Shown in pieces: positions 36,766 through 47,051 of a stretch of 64,000 bases of DNA. The stretch's first letter is position 1. Each line of letters starts with the position of its first letter. Position numbers and translations under genes: made by a program. This DNA comes from an uncultured virus (IMG/VR IMGVR_UViG_3300025174_000006) (Duplodnaviria; Heunggongvirae; Uroviricota; Caudoviricetes): IMG/VR virus record IMGVR_UViG_3300025174_000006; one strand, written 5' to 3'. Under the pieces are notes generated by a model that saw nothing but the letters and a program-made list of their open reading frames with translations, was not told where the DNA came from and did not search any database.

Positions 36766-37251
36766 TTATTTTCCTGGTTTTCCAGATTTTATCCACTCAT
36801 CTCTAAGTTTCTCATTTTCTATTCTATTCCAAACTGATTTTTGAATTGCCTGAGATGCTTTTGTTCTAGAATTTGCAGATGCTTCATCTGGATAACGGAC
36901 ACGCCATTGATAAACAAGCTCCTTTGCTACTCCTAAACCTCTGTATTTCTTATCAACAACAAGAGTATTGCCAAAATGATAGCTGGCAATTATTTTATCA
37001 CCATCATATACAACAGCACCATCTTCATTGAATTTCGCTGAATATTTCCCTTTTAAAAATGGTTCTAATTTATCATCTTTTAATGTGGTAAGTTCACTTG
37101 GTTTTAAAAATTTCGCATTAGCGTTTGTTGTTATTGATGGTTTTCCTAAAAATTGGTCTTTTGTTAAATCATATACAGATGAAAACTTAGCTTCATTAAT
37201 TCCTGCCAATTCACGCATTCTTTTAATTTCTTCTGTGAGATTTTTTTTCAT
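36766..37251 (-). CDS. GNAT-like acetyltransferase with LAG leader
   Basis: VVDKKYRGLGVAKELV acetyl-CoA motif A; leader nearly identical to the neighbour. Confidence 0.7.
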   Translation of the reverse strand: MKKNLTEEIKRMRELAGINEAKFSSVYDLTKDQFLGKPSITTNANAKFLKPSELTTLKDDKLEPFLKGKYSAKFNEDGAVVYDGDKIIASYHFGNTLVVDKKYRGLGVAKELVYQWRVRYPDEASANSRTKASQAIQKSVWNRIENEKLRDEWIKSGKPGK

Positions 37252-37265
37252 ATATCATAAATAGC

Positions 37266-38171
37266 TTACAATATATATCTATTCATTAGATTAGTTAAAC
37301 TTGGATGGTGTTGCGTTATTATTTCCCAGTTTTTTTTAGATAAAGATTCGAAATCGCAATGCTTTGAGTATTTATCTGGATTGTGTATTAATAACGTTTC
37401 CCATCCCAATGCAGAGATTTTATATTTATTTTCTTCTATTAAGTAATCTAAATGTGGAAATAATTGAACAATTTTTATAAGCAAAAAACAATCTCCTATT
37501 TGAAAAATGGATAAATCACAATGTTTTAAGAGTTCTGGTTTAGTAGTTAATATTTCTACCCAATCCAAAGCTTTTAATTTTTTTAAATCTAATTTATGTA
37601 TATATTTTTCTCCGCTTTTTTTAATTAAAACCCTAACAGCATAATGGTCAAGCGTTTCTAAATTCAATTTTTCTATTATTTCCGGAGTTTTATGGAAAGA
37701 TTCAATTATTTTTCCAATTTCATGTTTAGAATACGTGTATTTACCCAAATCTATCTTTGGTAAGAAGCTAATGTTTATCTCGAGCATTTTTATAGCATCT
37801 ATGGCCGACAAATTTTCATAATCCAAATCAAAGTATTCAATCATGTCCGGATGTACTATAAATATAGGAATAAGGTCTCTAAGAGTAAAATCATGCTTAT
37901 TTAAATCCAATCGTTCAAGAATATATTTATCCCTTACAATTAGTCTGATAAGCTTCATTTTATCTAATTTATCCCATTCGATAATATCTTTTATTCTTTC
38001 GTTTTTTAATAATGATTTATCATCTATAAAGTTGGGATTGATGAATTTCGATAACACTTTAAATATAGGTTCCGGCAAAATCCTGTAATCTATTAACGCA
38101 GCATAATGACATATTGCTTTTTTGATAATTTCTCGTTTACTTTGTATGTCAGGAATTTTAACTGAACTCAT
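37266..38171 (-). CDS. Helical repeat protein
   Basis: Repeated L....W..IL...P units; likely start MSSVK. Confidence 0.6.
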   Translation of the reverse strand: MSSVKIPDIQSKREIIKKAICHYAALIDYRILPEPIFKVLSKFINPNFIDDKSLLKNERIKDIIEWDKLDKMKLIRLIVRDKYILERLDLNKHDFTLRDLIPIFIVHPDMIEYFDLDYENLSAIDAIKMLEINISFLPKIDLGKYTYSKHEIGKIIESFHKTPEIIEKLNLETLDHYAVRVLIKKSGEKYIHKLDLKKLKALDWVEILTTKPELLKHCDLSIFQIGDCFLLIKIVQLFPHLDYLIEENKYKISALGWETLLIHNPDKYSKHCDFESLSKKNWEIITQHHPSLTNLMNRYIL

Positions 38172-38206
38172 ATATACAAATATGAATAAAGAATTATATA
38201 AAGTAA

Positions 38207-38638
38207 ATGTTTGAAATGGCTGAAGAAAAATTTGATACATCAGGAAGACTAATCAAACATATTGAACCGGTTACTGGAATAATATATGAATACGAATATT
38301 TAGAAGATAGCTCAAGAATAATTACAATTACAAATGAAAGTAATAAATCAAATTTTAAGACTATAAAAAAACAAAAATTCGAAGATGGAAATTATATTGA
38401 TGTGGAGGCTAATGAATTTGGAGATACATACAATATTTTAAAGAGATTTAATAAAGACAATAAAGAAAATTATTATGAACGGACAAATATAAAAACAGGA
38501 AAAATATTTAAGAAAAAAAGCATCTGGAAAGAAGGAAAAGTATACCTTTGGACAACAGAATATGATGGAGAAACGAAAAAAATAGGTTTCCGAATGACAC
38601 AAAATATAATTACAGGACTTACAAACAATAATGTATAA
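38207..38638 (+). CDS. Hypothetical protein
   Basis: 143-aa ORF. Confidence 0.55.
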   Translation: MFEMAEEKFDTSGRLIKHIEPVTGIIYEYEYLEDSSRIITITNESNKSNFKTIKKQKFEDGNYIDVEANEFGDTYNILKRFNKDNKENYYERTNIKTGKIFKKKSIWKEGKVYLWTTEYDGETKKIGFRMTQNIITGLTNNNV

Positions 38639-38877
38639 TGGAAGAAAACACAATCAAAACAGAAAAAAAAGAAGATTCAGTATTTGAGATAGATTCTTTA
38701 GTAGCTGAAACTTATAATGAAATTGTAAAATGGCACAATGAAGAACCAACCAAAGAGGGATTAAAGCAATTATCATTAGAAATTGTTGAGAAAATTGCCG
38801 GAGCTACTTTAAGCCACGTTGGTTTAAAAGGGAATCTTTCTATTTTTAAAGGAGAAGAGGCAAAGAAGGCAAAATAA
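38638..38877 (+). CDS. Hypothetical protein
   Basis: 79-aa ORF coupled to the previous gene. Confidence 0.55.
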   Translation: MEENTIKTEKKEDSVFEIDSLVAETYNEIVKWHNEEPTKEGLKQLSLEIVEKIAGATLSHVGLKGNLSIFKGEEAKKAK

Positions 38878-39669
38878 TTATTTCTTAAACAATCCAACTA
38901 ACAAATTGTAGGATAGTCCGACGCCAATGTACGGTCCAAAAGTTAAATTTTGTTTACCATAAACGATTCCATATCCAAGTTGTGCACTGAGTGAAAAATT
39001 GTTTTGTTTTTCAGGATTTAAAATGGCTCCCTCTAATTTTCCCACATGTACATTGGGATTTTTGGGAGTAACAAAAATCTCCTTAAACCCTGTCTTTTTA
39101 TTTTTAGCAACACCAACGACAAAATCCATCCTCAATTCATCTTGTAAAATACTAGTGGTTCCAGGCAAAATATCCAAAGTATATGTTTTGTTATCACCGA
39201 ATATATTTGCTTTTGCATTAAAAGAGCTTTTTCCTTTTAGTATTCTGGAGCTATCTGCATTTATAAAATCCCAATTAAGGTCATAATTTCCATTTCCTTT
39301 ATCAGAAAGTAAATTTTTAGAAGTAATAGTATCTCCAACATAAATGACTTGAGTTTTAATTATAATCTCCGGCCTTCTATTTTTAAGGTCTTTAATTTCC
39401 TTTGCTAAATCTTCGCTGTATTTTTGAATATCTTTTACTTTTCCTTCAAAAGCAACAATAGAAGTTTGATAAAAACCACTTTTATTTTTTTCTATAGTCA
39501 ATTCATTCTTTGATGCCTCTGCATTTTGAATAGCAAGTGCTTTTTGTTCTTTTAAATCACCACAAGATTTAAAATTCAGTAATATTAAAATTACTACCGC
39601 TGCAGTTAATATGAATATAAACAAATTTTTATTTGCAAATAATTTACTAAATAAATCTAATATTTTCAT
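38878..39669 (-). CDS. Membrane-anchored protein with coiled coil and C-terminal beta-hairpin (possible spanin-like lysis protein)
   Basis: N-terminal TM, coiled coil, GYG...GPYIGVGLSYN tail. Confidence 0.55.
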   Translation of the reverse strand: MKILDLFSKLFANKNLFIFILTAAVVILILLNFKSCGDLKEQKALAIQNAEASKNELTIEKNKSGFYQTSIVAFEGKVKDIQKYSEDLAKEIKDLKNRRPEIIIKTQVIYVGDTITSKNLLSDKGNGNYDLNWDFINADSSRILKGKSSFNAKANIFGDNKTYTLDILPGTTSILQDELRMDFVVGVAKNKKTGFKEIFVTPKNPNVHVGKLEGAILNPEKQNNFSLSAQLGYGIVYGKQNLTFGPYIGVGLSYNLLVGLFKK

Positions 39670-42251
39670 TGTTTTTTTGTTTTTAATTTATATGCCTCAA
39701 GTAGTTTTTTTGATATTATTTTTCTAATAACATAACTTTCTTTCATTAAAACTTTTCCAAATTCTTCCCATTTAAATGCTTTAATTTCAAGCCAATCAGT
39801 TGTTTTTTTATTACCACCCATAACTTTTATTCTTGAATTAGCAATTCCGTTTATGATTTCGGGGTCAACATCCATTATGCTGTATTTATATCCTTTTTGT
39901 AATGCAAAATATCTACTGTCATTTTCTTTAACATCTCTGTCTAAGAATTCAACGAAATCACCAACTTCAATATTATATTTAGAGCTTGAGAATCCACTTA
40001 TTAATTTTTCATATTCACCAAATCCAATTCTCGAGATAATTTCATCTCTGTTGATTACAATATCTTCTTTGGATTTTTCTTTAGATGTAAAATCAGTTAA
40101 AAAATCATAATATTTTCTATAAACAACTAAAGAAATATTTGAAGTATTTCCTTTAAAAGATTTTAAAGAAGTTGGTTTGTATTTTTTTATAAATTCTTCT
40201 ATTTTTTCTTTGCTCTCACCAGCAATTTCTAACATTGTAACATAATCTTTCAATACTGTATATAGCATGTCTGGACTATCTGCAGAATAAGATTCTGGCT
40301 TATCTACTTTATAAAGTTTGGCGAAAAAATTAATAATAATTTTTGCTACTTGAGGGTCTCTTATATCTTCTAAATCAAATTTAATATAAGGTTTATCTGC
40401 CTCTTCTTTTCCGTACTTAGTAAGAATTCCTCTATTAAACATTCTATAGAATTCAAATATCCCAGGAAGATGAACGCCTCTTAAAATATTATATTTAGTA
40501 ACATGAGACGGGTCATCATAATATCTTATAAATCTTTCTTTTTCAGCCTTTAAATTTCTTTGTATTTCTTGAGGATTTGATTCCTTAAATAAAAGTCTTA
40601 AAAAATTTATTTCTTTTCTTTCTGAATCTCCTTCAATTTTTGATTTTATAAATTCTTCATTTTTTTTAAGTAAATCTCTTCTTTCTTTTTGAGGTAATAA
40701 AGAAAGTTGGTCACCCAATTCAAATTCAGCATCAGATTCAGTTCTTGTTCCATCTGGAGCTACTTTTACATCTTTTTTCTGTGCTATGATTTTTCCTTCC
40801 GGAGTCTTTCTTAAAAATTTATGTTTATCAGATTTTGGCATTTCTAAAAAACTCATCATTTTGTTGATACCAACAGTTCCTCCACCAAACGCATCAGACA
40901 TAACTGGGAAATAATTATCTAATATAGATTTAAAAATTTCTTTATATGATTTAGCTTCTTTAGAATTAACATTAGAAAGTTTCTTTAACAATTTTTCAAA
41001 ATCATCTTTCTTTGTTGTAATATAATTTTGTAAATTAACATGCTCAAACATTTTTTTAAAATCTTCTGCAGGTAAAAAATCTAATAAAAAATTAACTTTA
41101 GAAAGAATTAAATTTGGTTTTCTCTTTGATAGTTCGGGTATATGAATAGAGAGCTCTTGAAGTGATTGATTAAATGTTATTGATTTAGAGTAACTATCAA
41201 TATTTTCAATGAATTTCTCTGGACCAAATTTCTTTAATGCTTCCAATGCATCTAAACTTCTGTTTTCGAACCATTCTTTTCCTTCTTTATTCGATATTAT
41301 ATATGGTTTACTATTTTCTACAAAATCTGGCCTTAACAAATCCAATCTATTAAAAATATCAAATTTTTTATTATCAAATGCCCAAGAAAAAGTATATGAG
41401 TCAGTTGTTTTCTCTATTGTTTGTTTTGCAACTGGAGTCCCTAAAAATTCAACTAATTTTTCAAACAAGTCATCCCATCCATAGAGATTGGTTCCAACCG
41501 GTTGATTTCCAACTTGCTTACTTTCAACCATAATTTTTGTAGTAGTAACTATAGATAAAGACATTAATGTACTAATTGGAACTTTTGTTCCTTTTTCCGG
41601 TCCAAGTAAAGTATAAGTAGTTCTGCTATATTTTCTATGTTCATCATGCATCATACCATTATGCTTGCTTTGGCAGCCAACTCCAAAAGCTTTATTTGCA
41701 TCGCAGAGTCTGTCAAAAAATTCACCCGCTCTTTGCGTATCAACTTTTACCCAAACACGACCTGAGCCGTCCGGTATTGTGTAAACTCTTTTAACAAGAC
41801 CTTCTTCTTCAACTTTTGTTATGGGTGGTTCTGGAAATTCTTCTGCGGTCTTTTGAGAAATTTCTTTTTTATTTTTTTCTTCTATTTTTTTCTTTGAAAA
41901 TTCGTAAGCTGTATTTAAGTCCATTTTTGGTAAATTACCTTCACTTCCGGCAATTTTAAACCAGGACATAACTGTGACCAATTTTTCTATATCTCCTGTT
42001 CCAAAATTCTCAATACCTCCCAAAACAGTAATTTGTTCAATAATCCACTTTACCATTTTTTTATTAATGACAGCTACATTTTGTTCGCCACCAAACGCTC
42101 TGAAATATATATGTTCTACAAAATCAAGAATTCTTTCATCGGTTTTAGGCAATCCTTTAGCTCCAATTAAAAAATCTTTTTTCCAGTCAGCACTAACTTC
42201 TGTAATTAATCCACACTCAATAAGAAATGGTTTTATGCTTGGTTTTTTCAT
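39666..42251 (-). CDS. Large hypothetical late protein
   Basis: 861-aa ORF, TATTTAT upstream. Confidence 0.7.
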   Translation of the reverse strand: MKKPSIKPFLIECGLITEVSADWKKDFLIGAKGLPKTDERILDFVEHIYFRAFGGEQNVAVINKKMVKWIIEQITVLGGIENFGTGDIEKLVTVMSWFKIAGSEGNLPKMDLNTAYEFSKKKIEEKNKKEISQKTAEEFPEPPITKVEEEGLVKRVYTIPDGSGRVWVKVDTQRAGEFFDRLCDANKAFGVGCQSKHNGMMHDEHRKYSRTTYTLLGPEKGTKVPISTLMSLSIVTTTKIMVESKQVGNQPVGTNLYGWDDLFEKLVEFLGTPVAKQTIEKTTDSYTFSWAFDNKKFDIFNRLDLLRPDFVENSKPYIISNKEGKEWFENRSLDALEALKKFGPEKFIENIDSYSKSITFNQSLQELSIHIPELSKRKPNLILSKVNFLLDFLPAEDFKKMFEHVNLQNYITTKKDDFEKLLKKLSNVNSKEAKSYKEIFKSILDNYFPVMSDAFGGGTVGINKMMSFLEMPKSDKHKFLRKTPEGKIIAQKKDVKVAPDGTRTESDAEFELGDQLSLLPQKERRDLLKKNEEFIKSKIEGDSERKEINFLRLLFKESNPQEIQRNLKAEKERFIRYYDDPSHVTKYNILRGVHLPGIFEFYRMFNRGILTKYGKEEADKPYIKFDLEDIRDPQVAKIIINFFAKLYKVDKPESYSADSPDMLYTVLKDYVTMLEIAGESKEKIEEFIKKYKPTSLKSFKGNTSNISLVVYRKYYDFLTDFTSKEKSKEDIVINRDEIISRIGFGEYEKLISGFSSSKYNIEVGDFVEFLDRDVKENDSRYFALQKGYKYSIMDVDPEIINGIANSRIKVMGGNKKTTDWLEIKAFKWEEFGKVLMKESYVIRKIISKKLLEAYKLKTKKQ

Positions 42252-42297
42252 TTAAATAAAATGCTTTTCAGATAAATAGGTAAAAAAAGGATATTAT

Positions 42298-43812
42298 CTA
42301 TAAAAATCCTTCGGTGGTAGCCCACCTATATTGTTCTGCAGTTAGGAAATTAGGAACTTTTTCTAAACCCTTTTTATTAGCTATCTTTGAAATGTAATAA
42401 TTTTTCAAATCTTTTGAAAGCAAGTTAAAAAATCTATTAGGCATAAACGTATAAAAGTTATCTAAATATTTGTTTATGTAAAGTTTCTTTTCTCGTTCGT
42501 CAAGTTCGCTGAATTGTTCTGGTTCAATAAGATGAACTTTGTTTTTCAAGAGTCCTTTACGATAACGTTCTTTTTGTTCTGGCGTAGCCATTTCATATGC
42601 CCAAGAAGGTAGTTTTTTGCCAGAATTTGACATTTGTTCAATGTAATAGGCCACTAACTTAGGGTCAGAGTCTAAAGCAACTGAATGAGGTAGTTCTCCA
42701 CCTTTCTTTACTATATCTTTATAGTAGTAAACCTTTAGTCTGTTTTCTGCATTTTTAAAATAATAAGAAGGTAATGAGGTTGAGCTATATTTAGATAATT
42801 TTTTTTCTATAGCTTTTTGACGTTCCTCCGGTTCCATTAACAATAAATATTTTTCAGCAATAGTCCATCCATTCTCAGCGAATATTTTTATTTGCAATTC
42901 TCTTAGTCCGGGTATTGTGTCAATTATTGTTTCTGGTATTTTTAATCCTTTTCTAATACGTTCTTCAAGTGCCGGCATAAATCTTTGAATAGCTTCTGGA
43001 TTTCTTTCTGCAATAGCTCCAAGTAATGAAAGCGCAGTATCACTTAAATCTTGACTTGTGGATAAATATTTTGCAATAGCTTCATTTAATGCATCAGCGA
43101 TACTTGGATTATTTTTGAAAAATTCTCCGACATCTATCTGACTATCATTCATGTTCATGAATTGATTCGACTCAAAATGAAACTGATATCTTCTTGTCGC
43201 ATCATCTTGATTTAATTTCAATTTGTCTATAATGATGTATAATGGACCGTCTTTTGTGTAATGTTCGTAATTATCAGGAAATCTCGTGCACCATTGACTA
43301 GTACATGCATAGAATTTCGAAGACTCGTAAGATTTAGGAACAACAACCATCCATCTTCTGTTTTCGAAAAATAATTCTGCTTGACCGTTATTTATAAAAA
43401 ATCTATCAGTTAAAAGATATGATTCATCATCTTTAACTTGACCGGTTCCTCCAAATCTTGAATTAAGAATAAATAACTCTGGAAGTGAACTTATTTTACC
43501 AATATCCTTAGCATTTTCTGGAAGAATATTTTGTTTTTTAAGCTCATTATACATAATGAGATATTCCTTTGCTTTATATAAATCTTCTTTTCTTAATTTC
43601 CCTTTTTTGTGAAGAGAAAGTAACCACTTTGAATATTGTCCTAACTTATCTGGAATTCCTTTTTTTATAGGAGTTGTAGGGTCTGCTTTTATAATGTCGT
43701 AAAAAAAATCGAGACGAATATCTACATAGTACTTTTCGTATATGTCAGACACTTTTGACTCAGAGAGAATTCCAGCCAATTCCTGCAGTCTTTTTTTGAG
43801 TTTGTCGTCCAT
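42298..43812 (-). CDS. LAG-leader protein, paralog of 18154-19719
   Basis: ADPT, YSKWLL, EDLYK, VVPK....S..Y....QWCT, PLYIIID, QFHFESNQFM. Confidence 0.7.
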   Translation of the reverse strand: MDDKLKKRLQELAGILSESKVSDIYEKYYVDIRLDFFYDIIKADPTTPIKKGIPDKLGQYSKWLLSLHKKGKLRKEDLYKAKEYLIMYNELKKQNILPENAKDIGKISSLPELFILNSRFGGTGQVKDDESYLLTDRFFINNGQAELFFENRRWMVVVPKSYESSKFYACTSQWCTRFPDNYEHYTKDGPLYIIIDKLKLNQDDATRRYQFHFESNQFMNMNDSQIDVGEFFKNNPSIADALNEAIAKYLSTSQDLSDTALSLLGAIAERNPEAIQRFMPALEERIRKGLKIPETIIDTIPGLRELQIKIFAENGWTIAEKYLLLMEPEERQKAIEKKLSKYSSTSLPSYYFKNAENRLKVYYYKDIVKKGGELPHSVALDSDPKLVAYYIEQMSNSGKKLPSWAYEMATPEQKERYRKGLLKNKVHLIEPEQFSELDEREKKLYINKYLDNFYTFMPNRFFNLLSKDLKNYYISKIANKKGLEKVPNFLTAEQYRWATTEGFL

Positions 43813-43838
43813 TTCTTTTAAATAGGAAATTAAAGAGG

Positions 43839-43862
43839 AAAGTCAGGAAAAATCCTGACTTT
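43839..43862 (-). terminator. Intrinsic terminator hairpin
   Basis: AAAGTCAGGA...TCCTGACTTT. Confidence 0.6.
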
Positions 43863-43921
43863 TAACTTGATTTTTGTTGAATATTATCGTGCAACTTTCG
43901 AAAAATTCATTTTGTTTATCC

Positions 43922-44191
43922 TTATTTTCTCAATTTATAACCTTCCATAAAACTATCCCTACTTTTACCTGTATGTCCCCAATGTGATTTATCATTTTTA
44001 TTGTTAGTAAAAAATTGCCAAGTAACTATTTCATCCCCTAATCCATTTGATTCAATTAAATGTTTAACAATCTTAATTGAGTATTTTCGGTTAGGGTTAT
44101 CATATATACCAATGGGATATTTTTTTGATATAATTTCCAATTCTTTTTTTAGTTTACTATCCATAATATTTTTTGGTTTCCTATACACCAT
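43922..44191 (-). CDS. Hypothetical protein
   Basis: 89-aa ORF. Confidence 0.45.
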   Translation of the reverse strand: MVYRKPKNIMDSKLKKELEIISKKYPIGIYDNPNRKYSIKIVKHLIESNGLGDEIVTWQFFTNNKNDKSHWGHTGKSRDSFMEGYKLRK

Positions 44192-44270
44192 AAGGTTTTA
44201 ACTTATAATTATAAAATTTACGAATTAAAATCCTGTCGAATTTTTTAATACTGCGCTTAGCCGATATACA

Positions 44271-45305
44271 TTATCTAATTTCAACATTAAGACGCTCAAT
44301 TGAGGTGAATTTTATATTTTCTTGGATTTCATTTATTTCTGTATTTGTTAAAGTGCGATCATTTGATTGAAAAACTATTCTATAACACTTAGATTGTTTA
44401 CCTGTTTTTGGGTGAGCAAATTCATCTATTAATGAAACATTTTCTATTAAATCGCCTCCATTTTCTCTCACAATTTCACAAAAATTATTATGAGCGAAAT
44501 TAGTATCTGCCCAAAATGCCAAATCTCTGGATATTGGTGGATAACTTGAGTATTCCTTAAATTTAACTACATCTCCAGAAATAAATTGATTTATAAATCT
44601 TTCATCAGACGACCAAAAGTAACGTATGTCTGGTATTTCAAATAAGAGGATAGACAATCTTTCCAAACCTAATCCAAAAGCAAATGCAGCTTTATTTTCT
44701 AAACCACAATTTTCCATAATTTTAGGTTGAACAACCCCTGCACCAAGAACCTCTAACCATTTTCCCTGAAACATAACTTCAACTTCAAAAGATGGATGTG
44801 TAAAAGGAAAATAATCTTCATTGAAGCGGTATTCACAATTTGGAAAAAGAACATCAATAAGACCTTTTAATGTTTTTTTAAGTTCTTCTTCTGCGTTTTT
44901 TCCATCTTCAATTACACATACACCTTCCATTTGGTGAAAAACCGGATAATGAGAGCTGTCAATATCATCTTTCCGATACACATCACCTGTAACTAAAAAT
45001 TTTGTATGACCAGCAGTTAATAATTCATTTTGGTGAGCCGATGTATGGGTTCGTAATATATGATTCTCATCAAAATAATAAGTATCACTCAATGAACGTG
45101 CAGGATGATCTTTTGGAATAAGTAGTTTATCAAAACAATTTTCAGTTGTAACCTTTGGATTTAAATCATCAAATTTTTTATATTCATCTCCAAAGTAATC
45201 ATAGATTTTTCTTTTAATAATTTCTAAAGGATGATTTTTTTGATTGTGTAAATTTCTGCCAATTTTAGCTTGGATTCCGGGGGTAATGTTTGATTTAAAT
45301 TCCAT
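44271..45305 (-). CDS. Monomeric mitochondrial-type phenylalanyl-tRNA synthetase (catalytic domain plus FDX-ACB anticodon-binding domain)
   Basis: HPARS.SDTYY, LRTHTSAHQ, GDVYR.D.ID..HYPVFHQMEG, YFPFTHPS, AFGLGLERL, YPPISRDLAFW, SKCYRI..Q..DRTLT..EIN. Confidence 0.92.
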   Translation of the reverse strand: MEFKSNITPGIQAKIGRNLHNQKNHPLEIIKRKIYDYFGDEYKKFDDLNPKVTTENCFDKLLIPKDHPARSLSDTYYFDENHILRTHTSAHQNELLTAGHTKFLVTGDVYRKDDIDSSHYPVFHQMEGVCVIEDGKNAEEELKKTLKGLIDVLFPNCEYRFNEDYFPFTHPSFEVEVMFQGKWLEVLGAGVVQPKIMENCGLENKAAFAFGLGLERLSILLFEIPDIRYFWSSDERFINQFISGDVVKFKEYSSYPPISRDLAFWADTNFAHNNFCEIVRENGGDLIENVSLIDEFAHPKTGKQSKCYRIVFQSNDRTLTNTEINEIQENIKFTSIERLNVEIR

Positions 45306-45392
45306 AAAATAATTGTTTAATTGTTTTTTGTACAAATTTATAAAAATAATATTAATTAACAATATATTAAACGGAAATCTTTTTAGAATGTT

Positions 45393-46061
45393 TTAATCAA
45401 ATTTCATATTCATTAGTTCTAACAATTCCTTGTCCATACTGTCAGAATATCCTGAGCTAAAAATGGCAAATTCCGTTATTAATTTTAAATATTTTGGAGA
45501 CGGTTCTCCATTTGCCTTGCCCTTAGTCTGAATTGCCATTCCGGTATGAGTATCAATCTCAATTGTTACATGCGACTCATTCTTTTCGTCTCGTAAAGAA
45601 ACTATTAACGAATTGCCTTGTTTCACTTTGGTAGTATATGTTCCTACGCAGTTTCTCATTGTTTCGCCTTCTGTTGCTAAATCTTCCACGTCCAAAAGAA
45701 CAAAATAATGTATTCCATCACGGCATCTATATAATATTTTATCATCCTCTTCTTTTTCTTTATTTTTAATAGTTTCATCAAATTTCATGTCGTCATGCCA
45801 TACTTGTGCCAGTACATAAGCCTCCAAAAAAGATAAAGATAAGATATTTGGCTTTTCTTTTTTTGCCCAATCTATTATAAATAAAAATCCATCAAGATTA
45901 TTCAGAAGAGTATCATCTTTCTTTACTTGACCTCCAATCCAAATATTAAATTTGTCAGTTCCGGATAAACGTCCGATTTCACTTATTTTTCTAACAAGCT
46001 CCTCATCAATTTTGAAGTTATCTAAGAGATATTTTTCTTTCTTTGTTAATTGCTCTGCCAT
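45393..46061 (-). CDS. PcfJ-domain protein
   Basis: DL..EG..M.NCVG.Y, SLRD.....HVTIE, Q.KGKAN. Confidence 0.75.
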   Translation of the reverse strand: MAEQLTKKEKYLLDNFKIDEELVRKISEIGRLSGTDKFNIWIGGQVKKDDTLLNNLDGFLFIIDWAKKEKPNILSLSFLEAYVLAQVWHDDMKFDETIKNKEKEEDDKILYRCRDGIHYFVLLDVEDLATEGETMRNCVGTYTTKVKQGNSLIVSLRDEKNESHVTIEIDTHTGMAIQTKGKANGEPSPKYLKLITEFAIFSSGYSDSMDKELLELMNMKFD

Positions 46062-46064
46062 AAT

Positions 46065-46781
46065 CTATTTCTTAATGTAATTCAAAATTTGCTTAGCACA
46101 ATCCTCAACATTAAATTTTTGTGTATCAACAATAATCTCTGGGTTTAATGGAATTTCATAAGGTGCTGTATCGTGCACTCCTGTAAAATCCTTTATCTCC
46201 CCACTCCTCGCCTTTGCATACAACCCTTTAACGTCTCTTTGTTCACAAATACTCAAAGGTGTATTGACATATATTTCAGTAAAATCCTTACTTATACTCC
46301 TTACATAATCTCTTGCTTCAGCATATGGAGAAATAAGACTTACGACAGGTATTATACCTTGACTTTGTAAATAAACTGCCATTTTTCCAACATCTTGATT
46401 GTGTCTTATTCTTGCAGCTTTATCAAAGCCATAATTTTTAAATATTTCTCTGATTTCATCTCCATCCAAAAGCATGGCGGCATGACCACCTTCTTTCAGA
46501 CGAGTTAAAACTTCTTTTGCTATCGTTGTTTTTCCAGAACATGAGAGCCCGGTAAAAAATAACATGCTCGTTCTATATTTTTTCTTTGTAAGTTTATCCC
46601 ACACAATATCAAACCAATAATATGTAAGTATTTTTACAATATTTTCCACAAGGCCAAGCATTATGGAGAGTTTTATGTTTCCAGTAAGAAGAAAAGAAAC
46701 AACAAATGTTACAACAAAAGAATAAATTCTGTAAATTACAGATTTTGTCATGTGTTTTATGTTAATTATTTTCCTTAGCAT
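46065..46781 (-). CDS. cysC: Adenylylsulfate kinase with N-terminal DUF2061-like membrane segment
   Basis: FTGLSCSGKTT, LDGD.IR, ISPY, C..RDVKGLY.KAR.GEI..FTG. Confidence 0.92.
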   Translation of the reverse strand: MLRKIINIKHMTKSVIYRIYSFVVTFVVSFLLTGNIKLSIMLGLVENIVKILTYYWFDIVWDKLTKKKYRTSMLFFTGLSCSGKTTIAKEVLTRLKEGGHAAMLLDGDEIREIFKNYGFDKAARIRHNQDVGKMAVYLQSQGIIPVVSLISPYAEARDYVRSISKDFTEIYVNTPLSICEQRDVKGLYAKARSGEIKDFTGVHDTAPYEIPLNPEIIVDTQKFNVEDCAKQILNYIKK

Positions 46782-46784
46782 TGT

Positions 46785-47051
46785 TTAAGAGTTCACTGTT
46801 ATAGTTATTCTGCATTGTTGCTCATCTATTTCTTCTACCAAAAAATTTCCGGTAAGTATTTTCTTATCTTCAAATCTTTTACCATTAATCATATAGTTTT
46901 TTCTGAAACTAAATGTATTATTATCTTCGTTCATATGAAACTCGCTCACAGTATAACAATTCATAACAACCCTCAATTTGTGTTGTATTGTAGTTCTTTT
47001 CCTTCTTTGAAATTTAGGAAAACTGAATAAAAATTGTTTTGTAGCTGGCAT
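46785..47051 (-). CDS. Hypothetical protein
   Basis: 88-aa ORF in operon. Confidence 0.5.
   Translation of the reverse strand: MPATKQFLFSFPKFQRRKRTTIQHKLRVVMNCYTVSEFHMNEDNNTFSFRKNYMINGKRFEDKKILTGNFLVEEIDEQQCRITITVNS

Noticed and set aside
44271..45305. Eukaryotic, organellar or giant-virus origin of the window
   Set aside because: Surrounding genes, Bacteroidota-type promoters, IS607, intrinsic terminators and operon packing indicate a bacteriophage; no NCLDV hallmark genes were seen.
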